A stretch of 64,000 nt of DNA from IMGVR_UViG_3300025012_000028:150554-214553, one strand, 5' to 3'; shown: positions 39,423 to 48,954, counted from the first letter of the stretch. Notes: generated by a model not told the origin, from the letters alone. Numbers and translations: made by a program.

Positions 39423-40382
39423 TTAGAAAAAGTCCTCTAATGTTTTGTCTTGCCATTCCTTCAATTCATTTTTAGTTTGGTGGTGCATATTGAGTGAAGT
39501 ATTTTTCATTTGTTCGGATAATTTAAAAGCCATCACTCGTTCACCAATAGCATTTAAACTATATTTCCTAAACAGTTTAATCAGATTCATTGCGTTATAG
39601 GTATATTTACCATCGTGGTTAGTCCATTCGGTTAAAATACTATCTACAATATAATCTGGAATTTCGTCAAAGTCTATTAATTTTTTATTGAATTCAAACC
39701 TTGCTTTCATTTCAGGATTGATTTGTAATTCTTCATCAAGTCTGGGAAGAAGTTTCAGAACAGTTTTTTCTCCGAGTCCACGTTTGACATTCTTAATATT
39801 ATCATCACCAGCAAGTAGAAAGTGAAGGGTTTTATATTCTTCCACGTTGGTCTGAGGAACAAAAATATTCTTGATAGGATTAAAAATATCAACCACATCA
39901 CATTGACATTGAACAAAGTCACCATCAGTCGAAATGATTCTACATGGTTTTTTCTCTGCTGCACATTTCTTAGCGAGGATAGCAATTATATCGTCTGCCT
40001 CACAATTAGGAACTTTCATTACATGGAAGTCGGAATTGTGTTTAAGACAGTCAACAATCTCATCGTTGATTTCGTTGATGGTATCCCAAGGAATGGTTTC
40101 GTCCTTGACCCTATCCCCTTTATAGGTCTGGAACCCTTGACCGTCCTTAGAGGCATATTCGGGGAAACCGGTACAGTTCTCTGAATAAAAGGCATGTCTC
40201 CAAGTAGGTTTGGAGTCGCAACACAATACCATAGGATTGTGCCTAGATGCCCCAAAACGCTCACTTAGATTCAGGATCATAGTAAGGGTTACGTGTGAAA
40301 GATAGTCGGGGTTTTCGATGATCTTAGCTTTGTTGGGGAAGATTCCCCGATTGAGGAGGTTATGCCAGTCCACCAGATTCAT
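39423..40382 (-). CDS. rnh: T4-type RNase H (5'-3' exonuclease)
   Basis: D...WR, YKG.R, EADDIIA, STDGDFVQ, GDDNI, N.KLIDF..IP. Confidence 0.9.
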   Translation of the reverse strand: MNLVDWHNLLNRGIFPNKAKIIENPDYLSHVTLTMILNLSERFGASRHNPMVLCCDSKPTWRHAFYSENCTGFPEYASKDGQGFQTYKGDRVKDETIPWDTINEINDEIVDCLKHNSDFHVMKVPNCEADDIIAILAKKCAAEKKPCRIISTDGDFVQCQCDVVDIFNPIKNIFVPQTNVEEYKTLHFLLAGDDNIKNVKRGLGEKTVLKLLPRLDEELQINPEMKARFEFNKKLIDFDEIPDYIVDSILTEWTNHDGKYTYNAMNLIKLFRKYSLNAIGERVMAFKLSEQMKNTSLNMHHQTKNELKEWQDKTLEDFF

Positions 40383-40529
40383 TTATTAGTTCCTTTATAA
40401 TAATCGTTATGCCACTCAGGACAGTTTTGGTTCCTCCCATACCCATAATATTGGGATATCGAGACAACTTCTAACCATTTGGTTATACCTTTCAATCTCA
40501 GAGGAAAAAATAAAAACTTAGTAACAGTT

Positions 40530-40784
40530 CTAATTTCTCCAATTGATGGGTGGGTAAATGTCATTTGTTAGTTCCTTTAATTCATTCTTGAATTTATCTT
40601 CATTTCTTTTTTCTTGGTTGGTTTTTTGTTTGAAATATTTACGTGGATTACCACACATAAAACAAGAACACGGAGTAGGAGTTTCAACAACCATTCCCAA
40701 TTCTTCTTTCGATAATACACGGTTCCAATGAGTCCGTCTATTATTTTTTAATCTTTCTATGTGGTGTCTGCGAATAGCTCTCAT
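40530..40784 (-). CDS. Conserved phage hypothetical protein
   Basis: TP.PCSC.MCGNPR motif. Confidence 0.6.
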   Translation of the reverse strand: MRAIRRHHIERLKNNRRTHWNRVLSKEELGMVVETPTPCSCFMCGNPRKYFKQKTNQEKRNEDKFKNELKELTNDIYPPINWRN

Positions 40785-40788
40785 AAAC

Positions 40789-40953
40789 TCACTTAATTAC
40801 AATTGGTTTAGTTTTGCTCGCCTCAACAAAAACCTTTTTCTTATCCTTGGTGTAGAACATAACCCCATTCTTATTGGTGGGGGATAACAGTCTCAATAAT
40901 TCAATTGATGTTAGATCAATAGCAACTGCTTCGATATTTGGAAGTTTGTTCAT
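40789..40953 (-). CDS. 54-aa hypothetical protein
   Basis: Hand translation MNKLPNIEAV...PIVIK; AGGAG RBS. Confidence 0.5.
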   Translation of the reverse strand: MNKLPNIEAVAIDLTSIELLRLLSPTNKNGVMFYTKDKKKVFVEASKTKPIVIK

Positions 40954-40990
40954 ATAGTTCTCCTTGGGGAAATTGTACTACTTATATTTA

Positions 40991-42373
40991 TCAATCCCCA
41001 AAATCAAATAACGCAATTGCTTCTTCACTGGCATCTCTTTTTTGTTGTTGTGCTTTCATTTGATCTTTGATGTGTAAAGGAATCTCTTGTTGATCGGCTG
41101 AAAGGTTGTGCATACGCATTTTATCATAATCAATTCCGATGGTATAAATCTTACCCTTGTTCTTTCCAAAACGAGTTTTCATGTTCTTGACAAGATACTT
41201 GCCTTGTTCTCTCAATTCGTCCGTCTGTATCAGCGCCCCTGCCCAATCCCCCGTCTGACTGATAGCATAAGCTTCACCAACATCTTCAAGGTCTGCTGCT
41301 TCTTTCTTTGCTTTAGCACCACGATTGAACTGTGCATTAGACAGCAGAGCATAGTTCATTTCCATTGCCAACGCTCTTTGTTCTTCTGCCACGTTCTTCA
41401 CATAGATCGGTGATCCTGCCTGAGAAGGGGGAAGTTTACTGGAAGCGAAGTTGTTGATACCATCAAGGATCACAACCACCGGAACAAAGTTCTGTTTCAG
41501 TTTCAGTTCCATCAACAGGTTTTTAACGTGAAGCGCACTGGCAGCACCAGTCGGAAATTCTTTGACCTTCAGCCGTCCATGTGCCTTGGAACAAAGTTCT
41601 TTAAATCTAGAATTGAAAAGGTTCTTATCCAAAGTTTTATTCAGACTATCCATTCCAATGTCCAACAGGTTTGCATCATTCTTTTTTAAAATCTCTTCTT
41701 CACTTTCCTCACCAGTAACATAAAGAACATCAATACCCAACCTTACTAAAGCAGATGCACAATGACAAAGAATAATAGTCTTACCCACATTGGTTGATGC
41801 CATAAATAGAAACATTGCTTTCCTGACAAGACCACCACCCATAGCAACATTGAGCAGTTCTATATCAAGAGGAATTTTATCATGTTCATTGAAATAATTG
41901 TCCCTGCGCTTTTCAGCATCATCAAAATAGTCATGACCAATTTCGACCACAAACTGAATTGCCATTGCTTCTTTGATCTTTTCTATCTTGGTTGCCTTAT
42001 CTGGCTTACCTTTCTCTAATGATTCGATGAAATCATAGGTTGCAATTTCAATTGCCCTGTTGCGAACCCATTCTTCAGTTTCATCTATTAGCAGTTGTTC
42101 ATCATCAATCAGGTCTGTTTTCCTGAGACTATTAAGTTTATCTTTGATGATCTGTGTATCTTCCACCGAAATATCTGTATCGGTATCAATGGTCAATTTT
42201 AAATTTGGGTATGTGGGAATCTTATTATATTTGTCTTGGTAATCTTTAATCTTTTTGAAAAGAAACTGATCCTCTTTGGCGGTGAAATAATCTCTCTTAA
42301 GGTGTGGGAAAACGATGCGATAAAAGTTGGAGGATTTAATCAAGTAAACAAAAATATTATCAATCAGCATCAA
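40991..42373 (-). CDS. gp41: Replicative helicase (DnaB-like)
   Basis: GHDYF, A.TNVGKT, KEFPTG, AEE.RALA.E, QFNR, KTRFG. Confidence 0.93.
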   Translation of the reverse strand: MMLIDNIFVYLIKSSNFYRIVFPHLKRDYFTAKEDQFLFKKIKDYQDKYNKIPTYPNLKLTIDTDTDISVEDTQIIKDKLNSLRKTDLIDDEQLLIDETEEWVRNRAIEIATYDFIESLEKGKPDKATKIEKIKEAMAIQFVVEIGHDYFDDAEKRRDNYFNEHDKIPLDIELLNVAMGGGLVRKAMFLFMASTNVGKTIILCHCASALVRLGIDVLYVTGEESEEEILKKNDANLLDIGMDSLNKTLDKNLFNSRFKELCSKAHGRLKVKEFPTGAASALHVKNLLMELKLKQNFVPVVVILDGINNFASSKLPPSQAGSPIYVKNVAEEQRALAMEMNYALLSNAQFNRGAKAKKEAADLEDVGEAYAISQTGDWAGALIQTDELREQGKYLVKNMKTRFGKNKGKIYTIGIDYDKMRMHNLSADQQEIPLHIKDQMKAQQQKRDASEEAIALFDFGD

Positions 42374-42426
42374 TTACTCCATAAACTAATAAAGTACCAA
42401 ATTCTATTAACGGTTCAATATTGTCT

Positions 42427-42816
42427 TTAGAAATCATGGAATCTCTCCTGTGCTATATCCACGACCAGCGCAACCGCAATCTCTTTAGAGACTTCCGACA
42501 CTATCTGTTTATATATTTCAAATTTATCGACATTCCCCGATAAACGGTCCACCTTTATCTGACCCTTTATTTCTTTTCCATTCAGGTTTACAATGTATCT
42601 ACAATTCCTTTTGAACGAAATATAATCATCATAAATATAACCACAAACGTTCAGAATGTTATTATTGATTTGAAATGAATCTAGAATGGAATTATAAGCT
42701 TTCTCTTTCATCTCTTCATAGAGTTTAATACTTTCATCCGTGGGAGCACGGTTGATTGTAACACTCTTTTCATATGGTATATAATCTGTTCTTGAGTTGT
42801 AATGTTTATCGAACAT
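42427..42816 (-). CDS. Hypothetical protein
   Basis: ORF track; RAPTDES motif. Confidence 0.55.
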   Translation of the reverse strand: MFDKHYNSRTDYIPYEKSVTINRAPTDESIKLYEEMKEKAYNSILDSFQINNNILNVCGYIYDDYISFKRNCRYIVNLNGKEIKGQIKVDRLSGNVDKFEIYKQIVSEVSKEIAVALVVDIAQERFHDF

Positions 42817-43440
42817 TTAGAAATGCTCCTCTTCTTCATTGGTAAAAGCTTCAACTGCCCTCGCCAGTTCGGGAGGATTGATAATATCTTCCATTCTCTT
42901 ACAAGAAGGGCAATTATCTTTATTGGGTTCTCCGTGATGGTTTTCACACCATGTCACATAACAACGAATTTCTTCAGGTATCCCATTCCAAATTTCATGC
43001 TTTTTAATTTGTGTAATCGGGAATATGAGCTTGGGCAATTCGGATCGACATAGCCCTTGCATTGAATTGTAGATGGTTTTAATTTCATCCAGAAACGAAA
43101 TTGCATCATCATTCATTACATAACCAATCGCAACCTCATCAACATCTTGAGGGATGATATAAGGCAACATTAAGAACAGAGGGGGATAAGACAGACACCA
43201 ATTATTATTACTGCACCTGACTGAGAAATCGATTGGTTCACCGATATATTCAAAGTTCCACTTCTCAAAAAACGGTCGTATTTTGGAGATTGCTTCTAGT
43301 TCTCGTTTGGTCTGTTCACCATTACCAACCAGATTTATATAACCCGCCTTGACTTTATGCCCTTCTTTTAAAAGACGCCAAATCAAATAGGTACTATCAA
43401 CACCACCACTCCAAAGAACAAATTTAGTTTTTTCTTTCAT
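42817..43440 (-). CDS. queC: QueC-like PP-loop ATPase
   Basis: LWSGGVDST; C-terminal WC...CPSC. Confidence 0.6.
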   Translation of the reverse strand: MKEKTKFVLWSGGVDSTYLIWRLLKEGHKVKAGYINLVGNGEQTKRELEAISKIRPFFEKWNFEYIGEPIDFSVRCSNNNWCLSYPPLFLMLPYIIPQDVDEVAIGYVMNDDAISFLDEIKTIYNSMQGLCRSELPKLIFPITQIKKHEIWNGIPEEIRCYVTWCENHHGEPNKDNCPSCKRMEDIINPPELARAVEAFTNEEEEHF

Positions 43441-43804
43441 TTTGATTGTCTTGCCTCTCTATATTGTTCTATGTATTTTTGATAATCTTCAAGGTTCTTA
43501 TTGTTGAGTTCAAATAACATATGAAAAGCATTACCCACTCTCAAAGGAGGACCAAGAGGAGGTTTTGAAATATCGATAATATTTTCTCCTTTAGGATCAA
43601 ATATTCTCAATTTCATTTCATCTTCCTTACTTCTTTACGTTTAACATCTCGTTTTTCTTTGGTATCATATAGACACGGTTTACCATCTTCCATTACATGG
43701 TGCCACGCTCCATCAACTAATACATCCAAACCATAACTAACTGTCATTGTGGTTGTATTCAACCAATCGTTCGTTTTTGTTCTCATATTTTCTCCTTAAA
43801 AATA

Positions 43805-43856
43805 AATAAGAGCTATCAATATGTTTCATGATAGCTCTTATTATTTCGGAAGTCTA
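43805..43856 (-). promoter_or_regulatory. Terminator hairpin overlapping promoter TAGACT-17-TATCAT
   Basis: 14-bp IR 43805-43818/43829-43842. Confidence 0.7.
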
Positions 43857-43873
43857 TTAATTTTTATGTGAGT

Positions 43874-44143
43874 TTACGCTAATCTGTCCAGAAGATATTT
43901 AGTTTTAATTTTCCCATATTTTTGGTATTCACCAATCATCTGTTTCATCAAATCCAACTTTTCCTGTTCTTCGGGAGTCATAGAATCGAACTTCACAATT
44001 GCCTTGGAAATCTTTTTGAACACGTCTGATATTACTCCTTCTGTTAGAGTTTTGTCGGATGTGATTCTTTTAATTTCTTTAAGGTAGAAATTTAAATCTT
44101 CAGTTTCAGTTAATAGATGTAAAGTCTTCTGGAAATTGTTCAT
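43874..44143 (-). CDS. Putative internal head protein
   Basis: Leader MNNFQKTLHLLTE. Confidence 0.55.
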   Translation of the reverse strand: MNNFQKTLHLLTETEDLNFYLKEIKRITSDKTLTEGVISDVFKKISKAIVKFDSMTPEEQEKLDLMKQMIGEYQKYGKIKTKYLLDRLA

Positions 44144-44485
44144 CTATTTTTCTTCCTTGGGAACTTTACCAACCTCAAAAATCCCCTCGTTGTCAGTTGC
44201 CGTGCTCAACTTGAAAGCTTTGATGATGTCAGCAGCTTTACACCCCTTCAGTGGTTTGCACATAGCTGCAAGCTTCTTGAGGGTACCATAACCGGCAGTT
44301 GGATTTTCTTTAATATAAGCCTTTTGAACATTTCTATATTGGTCGGCAGTAGCCCTTTCCTTGAACTTGAGAATGGTTTTACCATCGGGAAGCACAACCC
44401 CATTCTCTTCTCTTGATTCTACAATCACTTCTGTTTCTTTCGCTTCAGTAAGCGTCTTCAGAATTCGGTTAAAATTGTTTTCCAT
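44144..44485 (-). CDS. Putative internal head protein
   Basis: Leader MENNFNRILKTLTEA; own late promoter. Confidence 0.6.
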   Translation of the reverse strand: MENNFNRILKTLTEAKETEVIVESREENGVVLPDGKTILKFKERATADQYRNVQKAYIKENPTAGYGTLKKLAAMCKPLKGCKAADIIKAFKLSTATDNEGIFEVGKVPKEEK

Positions 44486-44510
44486 TTATGTTTCTCCTTG
44501 AAAGTTTATT

Positions 44511-44690
44511 TTATTTATAATACCAACTAATCTTTACTAATGATCCATCAACTTTATCTACAAAACTACCCAAGTAATCATCTTGTTGAAGCGTTCCAGA
44601 ACGTATGATAGGTTTGATGGAAATTGAATCTGGAGGTCGCACATTGACACAACCAGAAAGAAAAATACATATTAAAATCATTTTAAACAT
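44511..44690 (-). CDS. 59-aa late lipoprotein
   Basis: Hand translation MFKMILICIFLSG|CVNVRPP...ISWYYK; lipobox LSGC. Confidence 0.7.
   Translation of the reverse strand: MFKMILICIFLSGCVNVRPPDSISIKPIIRSGTLQQDDYLGSFVDKVDGSLVKISWYYK
44512..44519 (-). promoter_or_regulatory. T4-type late promoter TATAAATA
   Basis: Exact consensus upstream of 44485 start. Confidence 0.75.
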
Positions 44691-44730
44691 AGAAATCCCT
44701 CATTACGTTTATTTATAATGAGGGATTTCT
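44691..44730 (-). promoter_or_regulatory. 15-bp RBS-occluding hairpin with late promoter TATAAATA (44710-44717) in loop
   Basis: agaaatccctcatta-taaataaacg-taatgagggatttct-ATG on minus strand. Confidence 0.8.
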
Positions 44731-44734
44731 TTTC

Positions 44735-45940
44735 CTATTCTGTTACTTCTTCTACTTCAAGATCATCGGCAATCCCTTCGGAAGCTGAACAATAATTAAA
44801 CTTGGCTCTCATATAATCGGCCAATCCATGTTTCAAAAACTCTTCCCAAAATGCGGGAGTCATTTTCGCCTTGGTCATAAGATCATCTTTCTTATGAGCT
44901 AAGGAAGGTATTTTTTCAGGATTGATCTTATAGGAACTCTTTTCCTTCAGAAAGATTCCTTCTTCCTCATAACAGAATTCGAACAGACCGGAATAAGGTG
45001 TAAGCCCTTCTTCAAAATCAATATTGAACTTGATTTTAGTTTTCTCTTTTGCGGTCCTACATTTGACATTGGTGCTTGTGATCCTCGCCCCAATTACTTC
45101 ATCTTCTTTATCATTCTTAACCTGTGCTTTTGAGAAATCACTAATGATGGAGGAATTGTAAAGCGAACCTTCACCACCCGATATCACCTTACCACCATAC
45201 CCACCAATCTGAGAATATACATGGTTGATGGGAACGATAGGAACATTTTTGATACCAGCTTTGAGTGTTACTGTCCTGAACAATGCGCGGAGTGCCTGTT
45301 GCTTTGTCATATCCCTTGAATCAGTTCCAGTGGTTTTATCCGCAAGTTCTTTCTTCGAACTGATATTACCAATGGAGTCGATACCAATAAAAACTTTATC
45401 ATCGGGATCGAGTTCATCGATTATGTTGATCAGTTGTGTATTAAGTTCTTCAATGGTAGGAACCGGAATGAACAGCATGTTCTCAGTATCAATTCCACGT
45501 TTCTTCAGATCTTCTTTGGAGTTGTTGGACATCTCAGTTTCAAATAGAACGAAGAAGTATCCAAGGTCGCGCTGTGCGTGTTTAGCAGTCTCTAACATGA
45601 GATAAGTCTTACCGACCGAGTTCAGACCCGCCAATTGCCACACCCTACCAGACGGCATACCCTTATACGGATCGCCACTAATTTGAGCATTGAAAAGATA
45701 ATTACCAGTATTAATCCAGTCACGGATGGGATACTTATCTATTTCGTTGTCGCCCATTAACTGCGCGTACTCAGAACCAGACACATGTTTCAGACGTTCA
45801 CCAAAAGACATTGCTTTCTTTTTAGCTTTTTCTTCGGCAGAATTGTCTTTGAGAATTTTCTTCTCTTCTTTTGAGAGTTTGATGTTGTTTTCTAATTTGA
45901 TTTTAAGTTCTTTCAACACGTCTTCTGAAACAATAGCCAT
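44735..45940 (-). CDS. uvsX: RecA-like recombinase
   Basis: TG.Y.FNA.ISG, AGLNSVGKT, IDSIGN, DMT, INHVY, GG.G..Y. Confidence 0.92.
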   Translation of the reverse strand: MAIVSEDVLKELKIKLENNIKLSKEEKKILKDNSAEEKAKKKAMSFGERLKHVSGSEYAQLMGDNEIDKYPIRDWINTGNYLFNAQISGDPYKGMPSGRVWQLAGLNSVGKTYLMLETAKHAQRDLGYFFVLFETEMSNNSKEDLKKRGIDTENMLFIPVPTIEELNTQLINIIDELDPDDKVFIGIDSIGNISSKKELADKTTGTDSRDMTKQQALRALFRTVTLKAGIKNVPIVPINHVYSQIGGYGGKVISGGEGSLYNSSIISDFSKAQVKNDKEDEVIGARITSTNVKCRTAKEKTKIKFNIDFEEGLTPYSGLFEFCYEEEGIFLKEKSSYKINPEKIPSLAHKKDDLMTKAKMTPAFWEEFLKHGLADYMRAKFNYCSASEGIADDLEVEEVTE

Positions 45941-46162
45941 TCACACTTCTCCTTTAGTATTTCTCGTCAAGTAAAAAACCACACCGGTTGGTGCTGATAA
46001 TGGTTCTATTCCAACCAATTCTTTCGCATTTAAACTAGGATAAACTCTTTTGCCTAATAAAGTGAAGAATCGTTCTACAAATTTCTTATGGTACTTTTTC
46101 CTTATTCGTTTCTTTTTATGAGTGATGAATTTGAAATAATTTATGTGGCGGTTTCTTTTCAT
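45941..46162 (-). CDS. Small basic protein containing gp23 major-capsid-like segment
   Basis: KRVYPSLNAKELVGIEPLSAPTGVVFYL vs T4 gp23 RRAIPNLIAFDICGVQPMNSPTGQVF. Confidence 0.6.
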   Translation of the reverse strand: MKRNRHINYFKFITHKKKRIRKKYHKKFVERFFTLLGKRVYPSLNAKELVGIEPLSAPTGVVFYLTRNTKGEV

Positions 46163-46362
46163 TCGTCACAAACTCCCTTCCATGCATCATAAAGTTCATA
46201 CCAATCTTCTTTCAACTCATAATATCTAGGCGCAGTTTCCCCACCAAATTTTTCATTCAGGAACTTGACTATATGTTCCCCATAGAACTTTCCCACATTT
46301 TCAACAACCAGTTCATCACTGACAGAATCTCTATCGAAATTATCCTTTCCCACAATTTTCAT
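46159..46362 (-). CDS. Hypothetical protein
   Basis: ORF track. Confidence 0.6.
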   Translation of the reverse strand: MKIVGKDNFDRDSVSDELVVENVGKFYGEHIVKFLNEKFGGETAPRYYELKEDWYELYDAWKGVCDE

Positions 46363-46595
46363 TATTTCATTACTCCTTTGGTAAATGGAAAGATGAATTC
46401 TGAATGATATTCATCACTCAACTTTGTGGGTTTCTTGCCTATTTCTATATCAAACACTTGTGGAAGATGTCTAAATGAATCCCACATATCTGTTATAGAT
46501 AACAGAAATTGTTGAACCTCTTCGGTATTATTGAAAATTCTAATGGAGGTTTGATGAATTGTTCCTAAATGTCCAAATGGTGTGAGCATTAACAT
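46362..46595 (-). CDS. Hypothetical protein
   Basis: ORF track. Confidence 0.5.
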   Translation of the reverse strand: MLMLTPFGHLGTIHQTSIRIFNNTEEVQQFLLSITDMWDSFRHLPQVFDIEIGKKPTKLSDEYHSEFIFPFTKGVMK

Positions 46596-46795
46596 TATTT
46601 GTAATTCTCCAAATTATCTTTCATTTCCTGATGAAATATACTTCCACTCGCAATGTAAGTGGATTTGTTTGTGTCCAGATATTTATCCATCTCTCTGATC
46701 AGTTTTATTGCAGCATGTAGTCTTAATTGTGAATCTGTTGTGGTCATGGGAATGTATGGTGCATAAACATATCCCGGTTCAAAATCTGTTTTCAT
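46595..46795 (-). CDS. Small protein with gp23 C-terminal-like motif
   Basis: EPGYVYAPYIPM resembles gp23 (D/E)AG.(Y/F)Y(A/C)PY. Confidence 0.45.
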   Translation of the reverse strand: MKTDFEPGYVYAPYIPMTTTDSQLRLHAAIKLIREMDKYLDTNKSTYIASGSIFHQEMKDNLENYK

Positions 46796-47140
46796 TTAAA
46801 GATCCTCTTTTTCAAACATAAAAGTTTTGAATGGAGTTACCACGCTGCACCTTTCCTGTTCCAAGTTCTTCATCAGAATTTTGGCGAGTGTATATGCCTT
46901 TTCGTTGATGTTGTTGGCGGTATCTGGGAACCGAGGATAGTTGATTAGACCCACAATAATTCCCGGTTCATCACCTTCCACATAAACAAAATTGGTAAGA
47001 GTAATTGTAAGACCAAGTTTGACCTTATCACAATAATCCTTACACATTTTAAATGCCATTTCAAATGGCATCACCTTTTCCGAATAACCAGAACGCAGAC
47101 CCATATAAATTTTTACTTCATGTGTATTACATTTTTGCAT
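46796..47140 (-). CDS. Conserved phage hypothetical protein
   Basis: G.EPG..VGLINYPRFP motif. Confidence 0.65.
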   Translation of the reverse strand: MQKCNTHEVKIYMGLRSGYSEKVMPFEMAFKMCKDYCDKVKLGLTITLTNFVYVEGDEPGIIVGLINYPRFPDTANNINEKAYTLAKILMKNLEQERCSVVTPFKTFMFEKEDL

Positions 47141-47402
47141 TATCAGTTCCTTTATAGATTAGATTTAGAACTATATGATCAATGTGTTTACTAAGTGTGA
47201 TGATATCTTGAGCAAGTTTTTCTTCTTCGAATATATTACATTCTCTCCACAATACACATTTTTCTTTACCATCATAACCACAAAATCCACACCACTCATT
47301 GGTATCGTTGAGACATTCTTTTGAGGGCGGCATATGCCCAAAACATCGTTTAGGATATATACCGTTGGTAAGATTTTGAATGTCCTCTAAAGAATAGTTC
47401 AT
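47127..47402 (-). CDS. Hypothetical Cys-containing protein
   Basis: ORF track. Confidence 0.5.
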   Translation of the reverse strand: MNYSLEDIQNLTNGIYPKRCFGHMPPSKECLNDTNEWCGFCGYDGKEKCVLWRECNIFEEEKLAQDIITLSKHIDHIVLNLIYKGTDNAKM

Positions 47403-47572
47403 TACATATTCTCCATAAGAGTTTCACTTACACTTTCCTTATAAGATGCCATTACTTCATTCCTACCCCATCCAGTTTTAACTTGAAGCTTTTGAGCAAA
47501 CACTTCCTCAATTCGTTTAAGCAATTCTTTAGTGTTCATAAAAAATATCTCCTATAAATGTTAAATATCATA

Positions 47573-48859
47573 TCACGGAAAAACAGGATCGATTTTCGAT
47601 AAAATAGATTTAATTTGGTCAACTTCTTCTACACCATAATCGTGGTATTGTTCCATAAGATCGAATATGACACCACAAGATTGAAACGCCCATTTTCTAG
47701 AAAATGGGTATCCTTTCCCGTCGTTGTCGGAATCTACATATCTCCACACTTCCTGTAAAAAGGTTTTAAAATCCGTCTTAGAAGCGTTTCGTAAAATGCT
47801 TCGGTGATCGCCAATAAAAGTTAGTGTTGAGTTATGAGATGGTGGTACTAATCCAGTTCTCAAAAAGTTTAAAATTCTAGACATGTCAGATTTATCTCTG
47901 AATAACAATTCATTTATTTCGTCTAATGATCTGACAGCTTTAGTGAGATAGTCTTTATTGTTGAGTTTATCTATAACAGTAAAGGCATCTTTGGAAAGAA
48001 AGAACGCTTGCATAGGTTCGGATGGATGGATATAACCACGTCCCGATTTATCTGCAAAACCAGTATAGCCACAGGTTCTCAACACCCAATTCCACTTGGA
48101 TGAAACCACATTACCATATGACGCAGTAGCCACAAACATCGCCACAAAGCGCGACATCTGCCAAAAGGCCATGATAGGATTTTCTTCTTTCCTAGTCTCC
48201 AAACACACAGCAACCAAAACCATCCAACATTCAGAAACGAATTTATCGATCAATTTTGGATTTATAATATATTCATAATTTTCTGAAATGAAAAATTTAC
48301 TTTTGAAATTGTCCCTAAAATCCCTGTATATCTCATTGCTCGGATATTCATTGATCGTGAATAATCTCTGCAACAAACCATGCATGTCCATAAAACGATT
48401 TCCAGCTTCAAATTCTTTGGCGCGTTTCATGAAGATGTTTCTGAGAGTTCTGTAATCCGCATCATAATTATTACTGGTGTAGTTGGAATACATATCATTC
48501 ACAAACCCATCGGAGTCTTTCGCTTTCAGAACCCACATAAAAGGTCTATCAGCAGCGAAAGGAAGACCCCTTAAAGACTTCGTTCTGTCTACCTCATATT
48601 TCTCCCACGCCTCTACAAGTGGATAACAGTAAATGCCCAATGGTGTGTTGTAATTCGATCTAGGATTTATACCTATCTTTGTCTGACCTCTGTTCTTCTG
48701 TTTTAAATTTGATCGTTGATGATTAACCAAATCATCCGTAAACCCAATGTAAATGGTCGGATCGTTCTTATACTTCTTCAGATATTCGTATGCGGAAATC
48801 TTGGGATTAGAATCGGGGTGGGATCTTGCTTCAGCTATAAATTCCTTGAATCGTATCAT
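47573..48859 (-). CDS. Putative internal head protein, possible ADP-ribosyltransferase-like fold
   Basis: Leader MIRFKEFIAE; TPLGIYCYP, GY.G..D, EP.QA; late promoter 48947-48954. Confidence 0.6.
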   Translation of the reverse strand: MIRFKEFIAEARSHPDSNPKISAYEYLKKYKNDPTIYIGFTDDLVNHQRSNLKQKNRGQTKIGINPRSNYNTPLGIYCYPLVEAWEKYEVDRTKSLRGLPFAADRPFMWVLKAKDSDGFVNDMYSNYTSNNYDADYRTLRNIFMKRAKEFEAGNRFMDMHGLLQRLFTINEYPSNEIYRDFRDNFKSKFFISENYEYIINPKLIDKFVSECWMVLVAVCLETRKEENPIMAFWQMSRFVAMFVATASYGNVVSSKWNWVLRTCGYTGFADKSGRGYIHPSEPMQAFFLSKDAFTVIDKLNNKDYLTKAVRSLDEINELLFRDKSDMSRILNFLRTGLVPPSHNSTLTFIGDHRSILRNASKTDFKTFLQEVWRYVDSDNDGKGYPFSRKWAFQSCGVIFDLMEQYHDYGVEEVDQIKSILSKIDPVFP

Positions 48860-48946
48860 CACAATCCTTCCTGAAAACATTCATCACATTGTTCGTCTTC
48901 GATATGATCATGTTTGAAATATTCTCTACCACACACTTTACAGATG

Positions 48947-48954
48947 TATTTATA
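48947..48954 (-). promoter_or_regulatory. T4-type late promoter TATAAATA
   Basis: Exact consensus. Confidence 0.6.

Noticed and set aside
40964-41002. Another late-promoter hairpin switch after gp41
   Set aside because: GATAAATA is a mismatch, the stem is imperfect and the RBS is mostly outside it; too weak to call
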